Assembly: GCA_051362555.1 (NCBI GenBank)
Contig: CM120642.1
Coordinates: 10,912,001 to 10,976,000, forward strand
Length of the DNA: 64,000 nt
DNA from: Lingula anatina
Lineage: Eukaryota > Animalia > Brachiopoda
Direction of reading: 5' to 3'
Shown here: positions 1-16,800 of the stretch, piece after piece
Numbering within the stretch: position 1 is the first letter of the stretch
Layout: each line of letters opens with the position of its first letter
The notes under the pieces: generated by a model
Seen by the model: the letters and a program-made list of their open reading frames with translations, nothing else
What the model was told of the DNA's origin: nothing
Databases searched by the model: none
Program-made: the position numbers and the translations under genes

Positions 1-225
1 ATATCACATAAGAGGGTCTAAACAGAAAATGAATCGATACTTTAAATACATATTATTATGGTGTTAATATCAGATAAGAGGGTTTGTGTGGAAAATGAAT
101 CAAAACTTTAAATACACATCATTAAGTTATAAATATCACCCAAGAGGGTCTGCACAAAAAATGCATTATGCAATCACAATGAATTTTTTTCTTTGAATCA
201 ATACTTTTTAATACATATTAATTAC
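1..225. repeat. Degenerate ~66-bp minisatellite (about 3 copies) in a SUPT20H intron
   Basis: Unit ATATCAnnnAAGAGGGT...AAAATGAATC...TTTAAATACA...ATTA recurs at ~1, ~68 and ~133, with a partial copy at ~195. Confidence 0.6.
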
Positions 226-494
226 TATAGTAAGTAGCAATTATTAAAAAAAATTACTTAAAAAGGTATTTACAACTATTTCTTATCTAATATTTTTATT
301 GCAAAAAAAAAAAGACACTTCACAAAAAAAGACACTTCAGACCCCAATTTTAGCAAATTTTACAAAAAAAGTTTTGCATGCACTGTAAGTTTGCCATAAA
401 ATACGTTTTTATCTTTCTATCAAAATCTATTTGAGCGACTAACTCCTAATTTATTACATTTTTCAGTATGACAATGGCTGTGCCTTTGACTTAC

Positions 495-2473
<1,979 letters not shown>

Positions 2474-2538
2474 CTGGAAAATAAATACAGAAAATAAAAC
2501 TTATCAATAGAAAAGTTATTTCATTTTCACTTTCTTAA

Positions 2539-2894
2539 AAGGATAACAACTGTTCATTTTGGCCAAAAAATGAATTTTCCTGGGGTTAACAACAATTTTC
2601 CCATACTAACCAATGATTAATAAATCCATTTCTACATTTTTTTCTAAAAAGTTTGTTTTTTGTAATAATCTCTTAAAAGATTATTACAAAAAAAAAAAAA
2701 AAACAAACTTAAAGAGATTATTATATAGTATAGCCATTTATGGTGGTCTCCCTGTCCGATGGCAAGCACAGATCTCAGAATAATTGCTCACACTGCCGTT
2801 TTTGTGGTAAAATGGAATATGTCATATTTCTATGAGATTTTTTACAATGTTTTCATTGTGAAATATAGATCTCATACAAACAGTTGTTATCCCA
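2539..2894. mobile_element. Non-autonomous DNA transposon (MITE), Kolobok-like ends, copy 1
   Basis: TTAA then AAGGATAACAACT ... AGTTGTTATCCC terminal inverted repeats; colinear with the copy at 24904-25237. Confidence 0.7.
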
Positions 2895-4615
2895 TTTATC
2901 TGTTTATCTCCATTATTAACAATCAGAAACATGGTGTAAAAATCTTGCTTAGACAATCCATATTAGTAGCATGATTTTTTGCCTTTTTGCTATGTAAGTA
3001 ATAGTTTTAATTTTAGTCCCACTTATGAGCACTATGAACTCACCATTTGGGGTTTGAACTGGGCAGATTATTCTTTAGTTCTGAAGGCCTCTTTGCTGCA
3101 GTTTCTAACAAATACTAAAATAAATAAACAAGTGTTAATTACTTTAAATTATTTCCAAAGTTCAATTTTTTTCTTAAACAGTGGATACTACTTCTGAAAA
3201 TAAAATGTCACATTACATCTTTGGCTATTTCTAAAAATACCTGTTACACACTGTATTGACTCAGACTGAAGTATATCATGGGACACATCTTACTTCTGTA
3301 CAGATCAATTAACTTATGTCCTTTGATACAGAAACTGCACTTCAGATTATCTGTAAAATATATCATCATGGATATGTACATTCTATATATTTTTGACAAT
3401 GCAATATACTTACATTGGCATTCTCTGCTTGTCTAAGAAACCTTGAACTCTGCATCTAATAAATAATAAGCAATAAGAAACTTTGACATAGACCTCACTC
3501 AGGTAAACATTTTAGATAAAATATATGGCATTAATGGCCCTCTATTTAGTCTCAGTTTATATCATTAAAAAATCAACAGTCAAGTTTTGACATTTAGTGA
3601 TGATACCATGATAAACTGTATGCTGTGCTCAAGAATTAGGCTTCTGCACACTATACTTTATTTACAATCAACCAAATAAGACAAGATATACATAAAATGA
3701 TAGCCTTTTGCTCCAAGTCAGAAAGTGAATGGTGCACATCATCTACATGTCATAATGGTGATGGTTCTATTTGCAAGGCTCTGACCACAGTTATCTAACT
3801 AGTCATGTAGTGATGTTTGGCAATAACGAGGCATTGTCTGTTCAACACCAGGCTACTAGTACTAGTAGTAGTAGTATTACTATTATTGGTTTTTAAAATG
3901 AAAATGAAAATGTCTGCATTCTCGATCTATAAACAACGCGATCGCTATTCTGATGAACCCGTGGCACGCTCTGATTCATCACTAAGTAGTATCTAGAATT
4001 AGTACAGGGTATTAGAGTTAATGCAGGTACCAAAAATGTCAAAGTTGATGTGGTAACTAACAATGTCGATGGCAATGGTAAACAGTCTCCTCAGACTTCA
4101 CTCCTGTTTCCGTACCTACTGTAACAAATAAACCATCCTTATGCTCCCAAATTATAAGAGTCTCTCATACCCTACCTTTCTTGATAAATAAACTTTCGCT
4201 TTCAAAGCATCTTTGTACAAAATCTAAAATACATGATTCGCTAGTCGCAGAAATCCGGTTTAATCCTGCCGAAGTTCTGTGGAGGCAACCATATTGAACA
4301 TCAGTGACACCTGTCGGCAGGAAACAGATAACAAGAAAGAATTTGATTGGATTACAATATGACCTCATTAAAAGGCAATTTACAAGAATCCGCGTTAAAG
4401 ATGAAAGCGCATGTTCTACATTCAGCAAAGGAAGCTGATACAAAGAGAGAAATATATATCAGAAAATGGTAATCGTAATTTTGTAGGTGTCTTAACCCCT
4501 ATACAAATTGACTGAGCAAAGTCTAAGATTGGCTTAAGAAAGATTGTAGTCAGTCACTGAATTTATAATTAACAAACGGCATGAATAAAACAAGAACCCC
4601 ACTGTGGAGCCTTTG

Positions 4616-4643
4616 TGACGTCAAGGAAAACACAACGCACGTG
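4616..4643. promoter_or_regulatory. CRE (TGACGTCA) and E-box (CACGTG) in the putative shared SUPT20H / OTU-gene promoter
   Basis: Perfect TGACGTCA at 4616-4623 and CACGTG at 4638-4643, ~160-185 bp upstream of the OTU gene ATG; a second CACGTG at 5031-5036. Function is inferred. Confidence 0.45.
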
Positions 4644-4800
4644 CTACCAAATGTGTTTTTATGTTTTTTTCTCATTTTGAAATTTGTGAACCATTAATGT
4701 TCATACTCAGAAAAAGGCTTTGCTGGAACTTACTATATCACACGCTTTACAATTTTGTAAACAGTTTTCTTTTTTCGTTTTTAACTTTGAAGCGGGAATT

Positions 4801-7800
4801 ATGAAGACGACCACGAGGGGAGAGCCATTGGATAGATATTTAGCAGAGCTTGGCCTGTGGAGAAAAAGTATAGCGAAGGACGGGTTCTCACTCTTCAGAG
4901 CTGTTTCTGAACAGGTACTACCAGAACATTTAGTTAATGAGTTGTGGCTTAGTTGTAAAGACTCACATAACCAGAGAACACGCGGTTTGAATACTGCGTG
5001 CTTATAGTGGATTTGTGTTAAGGCCAAGAGCACGTGCTTGCACCGCCAGACTAAACTAGACTAACATTGTAAAAGAACTAGCAATTGTAAATAGACAACA
5101 ATTACTCCCTCCTTATGTCTGGAATTTCTAACATTTTTTTAGGGGGGGGGGGGGCAGCAGTCATTCTTAGGTTAGTTTAAAAGTATCACCGAGCTAGGTT
5201 TAAATAAACAACACTTCACACCGACTGCAGATACTTCAGTTCCAAGTTTGGTATCATATATGTAAAATGACTGCTAACTGAAGAGAAAATTACATTTTCA
5301 GAATTTTGTTTCAATGACAGTGAAACTGTCAACAATCAAGGGGATTTGCTGGTATAGATATATACATGGATAGGGATGTAACTGAAATGGGTTCCACTAG
5401 AATTATACATTTAGAGATGTTGGGAGAATAGCTAATTCCTATGACAAAATTGCAGATTTGGTTTCTGTCCTTTTCCATAAGGGGGCTAAAATCAGGGGCG
5501 GATCCAGAGCTATTTCCTGACAGTCTTCCAAATTATCTTTGTTGATTCGTCCTCCATTTTTGACCGTCTTCCGACAGAAAAAATATAGATACCCATCAGT
5601 GTAAACTTGAATATCTGACCGTCTTCCTGAAGACCCAGAAGATGGCCTCAATCCGCCCTTGAAAATAATTTGCCCTCTTTTAGTGTACTGTAGATACCTT
5701 CTTGATATAATATCCCTTATATATGCCAGTATCAAGACTAGTATATGAATTTCATCGTTTATTTGTCTTTTTGTGATAAAAAAGTGAGGAGACAGGAAAA
5801 GAAGCAGACAAGCTTACCTTCTTCAGTTTTATATTATTACTAAAAATCCATGTGCAGTTAACTTAATCGGCTGTTGTAGAGATAACAAAGATGAGGGGAG
5901 GCACACTTCTCTATAATTATTTTTTCATTTTTCAAATACTGGTCCTAGGGCAGTTGTGAGGTTTCCCCAAGCATGGATAGGTTATTTTCTGCCAGTAGAC
6001 CTGATTTATTAAGCGATCCCAAAATTGTGATATTTGAAACCTGGCTCTGTCCCCATTTCTTCAGATAGGTTCACTGGTGTTAATACAGTGCTAGTAGGCA
6101 ATTCTGCCCTCACTTACATCAGACCAGGAAGGATCACTCTCCAGAAAATGGATAGATTTTCAAGCAACTCCTTCAATGATTTATCTTAGGTGGCATTTAT
6201 CTAAAGTGTGTTAATTATTGGTGGGTATTGTGTGTTCCATGATCTTAACATTCATCACTGTTCTGTCTTGCACCCCATTTCCATAGATTTTTAGATCGAT
6301 CTATCCCTGTGGGGAGTCTCATTAGATTACTGTCAGCTTGGCCGGCTTAAGCGTCTGTCCCGCCTATTAAAAGCTGTAAGGGGGTAATTAACTATGGTGC
6401 CCGCTCGGCTGACTGCAATTTAGCGTGAACCCCCAGGGAGTTAGGTCGATCTAAAACATAATCTTTAGATCGATCTAAATCTCTGGGAAAGCACCCTTGG
6501 TTTATTTTGGTACGGCTGGTATTCAATCAGAAGTTGGGTATGTATATGAATTTGGATATATTTCATTTACATGGTATCATAAGCATTTTTTCATTGTAGA
6601 TTGTAGTCAGTTTTTTTTTTTTTGCCTTGTTTTAATTTACATTGTCATTATGGGGTATCATTAGACAAGCAATGAATAGTAAGGAGCTTAATCAATTACA
6701 TACATGTAGCACCAACTTGTTTTAAATTGTTCTTATCAACCTTAATTTTTCTGTTAATTTACAGCATGCATATAAGTGAGCTCTTGTATTTCCCTGGGAG
6801 TATTAAATGCAAGCCTTTAAAGAATGAAATACTTGCAGATTGTCTGTTGACAGTATATGTGCAAAACAAAAATCAATACAAATCAACTTGCCTAGGTCTC
6901 TTTTTCTCTTAGGAGGGAAGGGTGGATTGACCTTCATTGGCTGAATGACTGGTAGGGAGAAGAGGATATTGTCAATGAATTGTGGTCTATTCCTTAGTGC
7001 AGGTCCATATGCCACCTTTTGTATAATGAAGAGATGAAATGGGTTGCTGTTGTTGATATGCTAGTATATGCCTGCTTTGTAATGTGATTGTTTCTTAGTT
7101 GACAACTAATCAGCTTTCTTCAGTTATCAGCCATAATGTTCAGTTTTTTTAAGGCAACCTAACAAAATTTAAAGATTTTAATTTAGATAAATAAATAAAT
7201 ACATGAATAAATAAAATAAGTGGTATTTATCATTTATCATATGCAGCTAATCATAAATTTTCAGGTGGGGGAAGGGAGAAAAGGAATTTTTTAAGTAATC
7301 ACCAAAATCAATTGTTGTACTGTATTAATTGTACCTCGATCTAGCATGCCCAGCAAATGATTAAGGTTTGGTATAGCTTTTAAGTGATTAGTTGATCAAA
7401 AATTACCAAAGTGCATTTTAAGATGAGTGACAATTGCTTTTTTTACCTTTTCCTTTTTTTATTCAGCTGAGTTACGGTTTATCCATTGCGTGTACATTCT
7501 GGATAATTTCATTTAGAGATGACGCATTCTATATAGCTTATACTTTGTAGGTCTGCATTGATTTTTGCAAGCTGGGGAGCATTGTAGTATAGATACATTT
7601 GTCTCTGCGTATCCACAGCAGGTTGCTTGCATTTATAAACACATCTGAAGAAAATGGCATATAGATTAGGAAGCATGAAGTAGTGATCTTCAGCAGTCAT
7701 TGGTATTTGATTTCAGGAACAAGAAGAGGTCATTAGTTCATCAGTGTCTAAGAGAACAAGATTTTTCACTAGGTGAGATTTTTTTACGAACCTAATTATA

Positions 7801-10800
7801 TTTTCCATTGCAGTTGTTTCTTTCCCAAGTCTATCATGTCCAAGTCAGAGATACGTGTGTCAAATACATGTCACAGCACCCGGCCAAATTTGAACATGTG
7901 AGTATTAATATGTTTGTTTATATTAAAAAAACTGTTTCTATAAAAAATCCAAGTATGTTTACTCACTGACATAAAGATATTTTTTATCAACCTGTTACAT
8001 GATATGTTAAAAAATCTTATTCATTGCAACAGGTTTGCCAATTATCAAGATTCTATTTATTTACATCAAAGAAAATTGCTGATAGAAATATATTTTTATG
8101 CTATACGTTAATTGTGTTTATATTTTATATGTTTAAGGAAAATCTACTGAAAATTTTATGGTCATAAACTACATAGATGTTTTTAATTCGATGCTTTGCA
8201 CAAATTTTGCTGAGAACCCTGTATGAGACGTGTGATTGACTGGAAAAAAATACATTTTCGGAAAGCATAAACCTTTTCTTTAGAGAAATAGCTCTTTGCA
8301 AGTTGTGCATCTCTGAGTTGCAGTAGTTCTCCAATATGTTGTAATAGAAACTGCCCTATATTAGACACCTTGTCTTTGTAGCAGACAGTGCATATCTGCA
8401 GCAAAAATATATTATTGATTTTATTCTGATGTGATTCATGTTTAAGACTTCATGAGGATGTATTGGTACTTTAGTAATATCTGTGATCAGGAAGAGGATG
8501 TCTGTATCTGTTGTCACTGTGTAACAATTCAGCTACATTCAGTTACATCTTTATCTTTTTAAATTTTTTTAAATACATTGTTAGACTTTGTTATAGGTAG
8601 GATATGTCACTTAGTCTACTGGTGCGCTGTGCCCACACACATACACACACTTTTATTAATTTATTTATTCAAGACAAAACTGTATTTTTTTATCTATCCC
8701 AGACAATGCACTTGATATATGGTACTGTGGTTACAGACAGTGTGCATTTAAAAATCTGGGGTTTGTGTTTTGCATCTTCTTGAAAACATAAATGTTTTTA
8801 TATTTAATATTTTATTTCAAAGTTCAAGTATGTGTTTGTGGGAGAGGTGGTGCTTGAGGTGCTGGATAGGGGTAGGGTGTCATTTGTCTCAATTAATTAA
8901 GTTATGCATTTAACCTGGCAGCCTTGGAAATTAACTAAACATTATGATTTATTTTATCTTTTTGTGACATTTTCAGGCTTGCAGGTCCATGATAACTTAA
9001 CAATCAGTGTAATGCAGAAAAAGAGCTCATAATTTTGATTCACATCAAGTCAGGCTTAATCCTGTTGTCTTTCCTATAGTTGTTGTAAGCTTGGGTTAGA
9101 AATAATAATCACATGTGGGGAGAAAGCCATCACAACTTGCTTGTAAACATGACCAAAAACAACCAAGTTTAGTAAAAATCCTCTTCCTTATTCTTACTGG
9201 TTACAACTGATATATCGCATTATTTTATATGTAAATTCCAGTTTATACAAGGGCCATATGAGAGTCATCTACGAGATTTAAATCAACCAAAGGTACGTAA
9301 TGTAGTACGTGATTGTGAAAGATGAAATGAGTGCATTGAGATACCTGTTTGTGTTACAGTTGTTGACACGGTGACACTTTCAGTCACTCATCACGTGTGG
9401 TCCATAAGTGGCTTATGGTGAACTATAAAGCCCTTCATTTCAGCAGTTGTTTGTGTGCCACTGGGCATACTCTGCAGCTCATTTCAGATGCATTTTGCAG
9501 GACATAACCCATCCATGATATCGGGGTAATGCATTTATGTATTATTTTTGATAGAATTATAAGTCTCAATTTATATGAAACACCCTAAAATATGCCATCA
9601 TTCTGCTAAGATATATTAAAGAACATTCTTTGGTATGTATCAGGTATTAAAGTCTGTCTGTTGCATCATGTCTGACAATTTATTCAGGCTTGAATATTTC
9701 AATTTACAATTAGATTTACCATTCAGAATGATCTGATATATCTCCTTAATATATTCACAACATTATAGCGCCACATTTATTTTATTCAGATGACAAAGAT
9801 AATCAGTTGAACTGTAGAAAACCCTGTAAATTCTGTAAAGATTTTAGATTTTTATTGTGCATATCATGGTGAAAGTTAGTAGCATACTTTCAGTTTCACA
9901 ATTCTTTTGGTCTGCAGATGTGCTGTGTTAAACTATAATTATTTTATAGGAATGTGCTGGCCATGCTGAGATTTGTGCCCTGTCTTTAATTTACAAGTAA
10001 GTGTAGAAAGTGAAAATATGTAGAAGTATGAGGATGAGATTCAACAGATGTTGTCATTTGATGGGGTAAAACTCGCTCAGCCACCAAGGAGTTGTATATA
10101 TAACTCCTTGCCGACAGTAACTTTGTAGTACATCTTATTTCATTGAACTTTTATACTTTGCATTTAATTGGTGATTTGCTTGACATAGCATCTCACAACA
10201 ATGAAAGCTAGATTTCCTTAATTCTGACATAACTGACAAAAAAAGTTAATATAGTTCATTTCAGGATCTTTTAATATTGAATAATTTCAGACGTGACTTC
10301 ATTATATACCAAGAGCTGGGGAAACCTGTAAATGTGACTAGGAATGGTTTTGGCAATGAGGTGTGTGTTCTTGGTGATGTTTGGTAGGCTCGTAGGGGGA
10401 AGGGTTAGGGGGGCTTGAACAAACTGCCATGTTTGTCAGGGAAAAGGTCTTATCTATAGGTAAAATTTGATCTACTTGTACATGAAGATTTTATGGTAAA
10501 AGGTCCACTTTTTAGAAAGAGAGTCCCTCGATCCCCCTTTTTGAAATTGCTTGCTACAGGCCTGTTTTGTTTTGTATCTGTCAACTTCAGTGTGTATTTC
10601 ATATGGAATGAATTATATTCTGCTGACATTAAACTCAGCCTGGTTGACTATGTATAAATGCATGCTCTTCCATTTTATTGGCTTTAGTGCTTTTCAAATA
10701 CCTTTAAAATTTTCAATGTAACAAGAGGGGCAGATCCAGAGATATTTTCTGACAGTCTTCCAAATTATATTTGTTGATCCATTCTCTATTTTTGACTGTC

Positions 10801-13800
10801 TTCCGACAGCAAAAATTAGACACTCGTCAATGCTAACTTGAAAATCTGACTGTCTTCTCGAAGACCCAGAAGACGGCCTCAATCCACCCCTGAACAATTA
10901 GATCACTGCTATAAGGAATGCTTCATTATCATATGTTTTGTACATGCTGTGTCATGTACATTCCACTGACTTAGGATTAAAATTATTTACAGAATTCCTT
11001 CACAAAAAATTAATATAATTAACGTCTGGATTAATGTTGTTTTGATACCTCACATACATTGTACATGCACTTCTCTCAAAATATTTTAATTGAATGCCTT
11101 ACATTTCTTCAGCATATATTATAAGTACCGGTCCATACACTCATAATGATGTGAATTTTTATACTGTCTGATAACCTAACCAACCTCGTCTCCTTATTCA
11201 GGTGCTATTATGTTACAGTGAAGACTTCCACTTTGACAGTGTGTATTCCTTGTCCTACCTGAACAGTGCTGCCATCTGTCAGTGTAAGTAAAGCAACTTC
11301 TCACAACCTTGATAAATGGTTCTTGCAATCTTCATCATTCTGAACTGTGCTGCCATCTGGCTATGTTTGTAAACATTACTTTTATTGGCATTGTGAATTT
11401 ATTGTCCTACCTGACCTGTGCTGCCATCTGTCAAGCAACGTGAACATAATGTTCAAGGGATATATATATAATGACTTTAAGAAAGACTGCTGTTTATATA
11501 TTGCATGTATTGACAAGGCACTATATATGATTCAACCTTTATTCAATCACCTTTTTCAGTTTTGTATTATAGCTGTAAAATTAATTAGTATATTGTGTAT
11601 TGAGTAGTTTTTATTGCCCTGTGATCTTTGAATTGCCCAGCAGTATAAACTTAAGACCAGAACAATTCAGAGAGTGATAAATTTCTGAATTTCACTGTTA
11701 TGAACACACACCTCTGGGGATTGCCTAGAGCGCTACCATTGTTCATCCAATCAGAAAAAGCCAACTCTGTACATGTATCAGCATGCTCCATTTAATGTTG
11801 AATTTCTATGTGTTTATTGTGGTGGGAACTCCGTGGTCATGTTTATGTGCTGGCAGTGGACTGATACGGACTGGGTGTGCAGGGCTGGTGAGAGTGTCTT
11901 TCTCATATCGAATAGCAGTAAACCCAGACAATATTTTAATACGTAATTGACTGGTTTTCTCCTATACTAACAGTAAATTCAAGTTGTGAAAATATCAGCA
12001 GAGTCTGCTCACATTTGGATGGCCGTTTGATTTATGTAAGTGTTGAAATGTAGATATTACACATAGATAGAGGGGTGTCTTGATTTACTGGTTTATCAAA
12101 AAAAGATTTTACTTATATATACCAAACAAAAAATTTAATGCCCCTCACATTACTTTAAAAAATTTTTCATTAGCATTATGGGTTATATATTTTAAATCAG
12201 AAAAAGTGAATTTTGTTGTTCTGTATGCTGTGGGGCATTTATATTTTTGCTCAGTATATGTTTAATATATACATTTTATCTTTAAACATAATAATTAATG
12301 GATAAGTTTATGACATTTATTTCCTCATTTTTTAAAATTTTTTATTTGAATGGTAAAATGTGTTAGATTCCATTTTACTTTCTATACGTACCATGTAGTT
12401 ACTTACATGACTGAATCTCAATTTTTTTCACTGAGAGCTTTGGACTTTTTGGAAATTATATACATCTAGTATTATAAGTATTAAAAATTTATAAAATTTT
12501 AGAAAAAAATAGGAATAGTATATGATTGAGCTTTAGTCGTTTGAAAATGCTATCTCTTGGTTTTAATTTGTTCTGTGGTTTTAAAGTATCAGGCTTACAT
12601 TTCTGCATTTTGATTAACACATCAGGTTTTTAGATATGACATGGGAGAAGTACGGAATGTAGACATTGCTTTAAGGTTATAAGGCAAAAAAAAAAAAAAT
12701 GTTTTCATACAGTATGAAAAGATTATAAAACTAGTGCAAATGAACACGGGAGTCATATTGAAAACACTTAATTGTTACCAGTGGCAGTTTTCTTCAAGTG
12801 TTTTCATGAAATATCTTTGAATGAATACCAACTGGATTAAAGGAAGATCTCTAAAGATGTCTAAAGTACTAGTAATGAGTATGTGGGTTGAACATGTGCA
12901 CGTTGCATGCCATTCTAGCAGCCATCTTGCAGCTTTATAAATGATAGAACACCTATACACCTACATCATTTCTGATCTAGTTCATTAAGTCGTGGTGCTC
13001 TTTATTTGTGTCAGAACTAAACCTGTATTTGCATGGGCAGTCTGTTTAAAGTATTGACATAATAGCAGGTGGTTGTAATGTAATATTACTTGTTGTAGTT
13101 GGAGTGACATGCAGTACTATTGTCACCACAAAGGTGGTATATTTGTTGAATACTGATGCTTTTTGTTATCAGTTATCAAGTGGGAATTAATAGAAAAGAA
13201 TGAACTAAGTGACCATTTCCTTGTAGTAAATTAGAGATATAATTGCTGAAATTTGCTCGACTCTTTCTGCTACATGCATCTAGTCATCTATCTAGTCTAG
13301 AGTGTATACAGCTGATATGATAGAATAAACAATTAGTTATTGATATCAAGTAGAATGATAATAATTAATGTGCAAATATTTTGAATAACACTAATTAAAC
13401 CTTGCCAGTAGTTTTCTGATAATGCTTCAAATGCCCTTAGCATCATTGGCCACTTAATGAAATAACCACCATGGTAAGGATTTTCATTCATGCCTAAATA
13501 TACTTCATGGTCATTCAGCCTCAAGAGAAGATCATTAAGCCACAATAAGGGTCATACTTCCTTAGCATAATGTATACTACATGTCAGCAGAATGGACACT
13601 TCAAACACTTAATTACTAGTATTAACCATTTTGTGACCACTAGTATATGTGGGGTTCTACATGTACTAAAGCAGTTATATATATGTGTGTGTGTGTGTGT
13701 GTGTGCGTGCGTGTGTGTGTGTGTGTAAACAAATGTAGTTTTAGCCCCTGTTCAAACAAAATTCATGCAGGTGCGTTAAGGGAGGTTGAAACAGGTGGGG

Positions 13801-16800
13801 GAGTATGCAGAACCCCTGATTACACAAATGGTTTCAAGACCAAACACTGCAGGTAATGCCTGCGTGCAGAGCAGTTTTGCTTATTATAATTGTTTTAGTA
13901 GTAACTACTGTAACATAATATGAGGGTGCAAGGGCGTGCTTTAGCTGGGACTTACTGCTGTTGCTGATTCAAGGCTGAACTTCATTGAACAATGTTTTCA
14001 GGATTTCTGTAAGATTTTTTTAGATGTCTTTTTTGATATAGAAAATTATGACATATATGAATGTATTAATAGCATTAGTTAGATTTTTGTTTTTTTAATG
14101 ATCGTGTTCAAGTTGTTAACATTCATTGTTATTTTTGTCATTCATTGTTTCCATACTTGTAATTTTTTTCCAAATATGATTAAGTTGTGGTGCTCGATTA
14201 CTTATGCAAGGGTGGAAATTTTAAAATTTGGGGAAAATTGTTTCTCAGACAGAAATGTGGATTTAGGGTTGAAGCTGCAGAAAACACTCTTATTTATACC
14301 AAAACTAGGTAATTTTTCAAGCTTATAGGTATTTCATTTAAAATGCAGTTCAATAAGGTAGCCATTTTTAACCACATTTATGGACCATGTTGTGATGCAA
14401 CTGCATTATGTTTTGTAAAACAAACTGATATAATTTTACAATTCACTGAATAGTATAATAGAGTCCTAGGTTCAGTAGGCAAGGGCAGAAAGCTAGTTAT
14501 GCTGTGGAATTTGTAAAGAGAAATAATAGTAGGGCTGAATATACTGTACATCTGCATTGAAATTAAATTATGTCAGTGGCCTCTTTAAATCAACGTAGCT
14601 GTAACTAATTCTAAAACCAGATAGAAACTGCATTTCTGATGAAATTGTGCACTCAGTTCTACATATTGTAACCCATTAAGTCTAAGATATCATGCAGGTT
14701 ATTATATGTTGTTGCACTAGGGTGGAAGATTATAGATTCATCAATTGTGAAGTTATTTTACATATCCCACACAAAGGCGACAGTTTAATTCTTAGAGATA
14801 GGATAAAGTGAATGTTGTGATAAGCATACAACTAAAATATCTGGCACCAAAGCCTTCAACCTTTTTTGTTGTAAAGAAAAAAAAGAATATAAAAGAAAAA
14901 GAAACTTTAAGAGGCTCAAAGTACCTATAAATTTTGCTCAGACAGCACATGCTTCAATCTGGGAAAACAATTTTCAGACAGTGCATGTTTGACTAAATTG
15001 AGGAATCGAAGATGACATTGGAAATGCAGGGAAAATACCAAAAATGAGAATTAAAAAGTTCATTTTAACAGGCTACTTGGTCCCAGGAATAGGTTTAAGA
15101 ACTTCTTAGATTTGTAAGACAGTCAAGACAGTGACAACTTTAGACCAGCAATAAAGACCCACTTTCATCATCAGACAACCAGGGTATTAAACTAAGGTCC
15201 AGTTTCTCCAAATTTCCCAAGAAAAAATTAGCAGGCAACTTGAAGAGCAAACTAACTGCATTTCTCAAAACATCATTAAAAATTCATAGGAAAATCCCTA
15301 AAATGGATTTAAAGCTAAGACCGAAGTTTTTATTTAATACCTTTTATACAAAATCACTGATTTGGTCAGTGCTACAAATGAATAATTCTTTATTATTTAT
15401 CAACTTTTATTTCAGCTATTATTTATGAGGTGCTGTACAGAAATGTTTTCAAGATGAGTGAAGAGATAGAGATAGGTATTGAGATGATTCGTAACAAGTC
15501 CTTCCAGAAACACAGAAAAGACAGCGTGGGCAGTGTATCATCTGATAAAGGAGAAAGGTTTGTGTAAACTTTACTATGATATTTCTCTTAATTAAGGCAG
15601 GATATTAAATAAATGAATGTACACCTTTTTCAGGTGTGGTTCATTTCTGAAACATTTAGCATACAAGATAAGTTTTCTGCCTTATTGAAATGAAAGTGTT
15701 TTTATTTATTTTTGTGATAAGACAGCTGTTTGAAAACTAGTTGTTTGACCTGCTGAATTTTGTTCTAGCCCCCCTCCACCTGAGAATCAACATGAACAGG
15801 ATGAAGATGGAAAGGTGAGGATTATTTGAAAGTATTCCTGTGCCAGCCCTTTATAGTTATTTAACACAAGTGGATATAAAAACCAGTGTTTTTTATGAGC
15901 ATCCATTTAAAATTGCATTAAAATATGAATTAAAATATATTTTTGTGTTATGTCATACAAGACAAAAAGCTTCGGACAATCAGCATGTTAACTATGGAGT
16001 AAATTTTTTTTAGTGACAATAGTGAAACTGTTTTCCATGAATTTCTTCTTAGAAAGCAATTTAAAACAAACCCAAAACATGATGTGCAGTTCACTGTAAA
16101 TCTTTGGATAAATTCTTACTGCACCACATGGTCTCACTCATTCCTGACCTTACTCGATCTCCTCAAAGTCTTGAGAAATCTTTCTTGATTTAATATTCGA
16201 TCATGGCGATGTGGACTTTAAAACGATTTCCATTCTTCTCATCTTATATCTATAGTCATAGTCGAAAATTATTTTGGTAAAATAAAAGTACTTTTCAAGA
16301 ACATGACTTGTTGGCATCTAGCACTAAATCCACAATCCTGAACCTCTACTTGCACCCAGTGAAACTATTTGAGGCGCCAGCAGTTCATAAGCTATTCATT
16401 TATTTATGGAAGGTGAAAAAAATTGAAGTTAGTCTTTAGTGACATTTTGAAACCTAACCTTTATTTTTTTTATCTGCTGAAGTGATTCATTTTAAGGTAA
16501 TTTTGATCATGACACTTGCTTTAAATAATAATTCCACAAAACATGAAGGGAAAGAGCCTTCATAAATTGGTGATGTTTTTGCATCATCTTTACTATTGAA
16601 ACCTCACCTTCTTTGTGTGTTCATTTGAACCACCTTTTTGTGTGTATCCCATAATTTTACTGTATATGCATTGCGTGTAACAGGTCTCTGACCTTCATGT
16701 AAAGCGAAATCCATAGCGTGGCAGGAATTATAGTTATTTTGTACAATCAGGTGTGAATGAAAAACTACTGTACCACCATGTAACTTTCCCTAGAACAGTT

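Noticed and set aside
3294-3455. SUPT20H first coding exons (MQSSRFLRQAENAN candidate and 3350-3294)
   Set aside because: I could not build a unique phase-consistent, homologous path to the exon starting at 2473; left unresolved.
4165-4800. ALG13-type glycosyltransferase domain upstream of the OTU domain
   Set aside because: No such motifs are visible and there is little room before the divergent SUPT20H gene, so the gene is called OTUD4-like rather than ALG13.
7717-7772. Cryptic exon upstream of OTU exon 2
   Set aside because: It would leave a 41-nt intron and shift the frame.
13771-13852. 82-nt AG/GT-bounded segment, same length as OTU exon 6 (second mutually exclusive pair?)
   Set aside because: No similarity to exon 6, a stop at codon 3 in the required frame, and a poor pyrimidine tract; at most a cryptic or poison exon.
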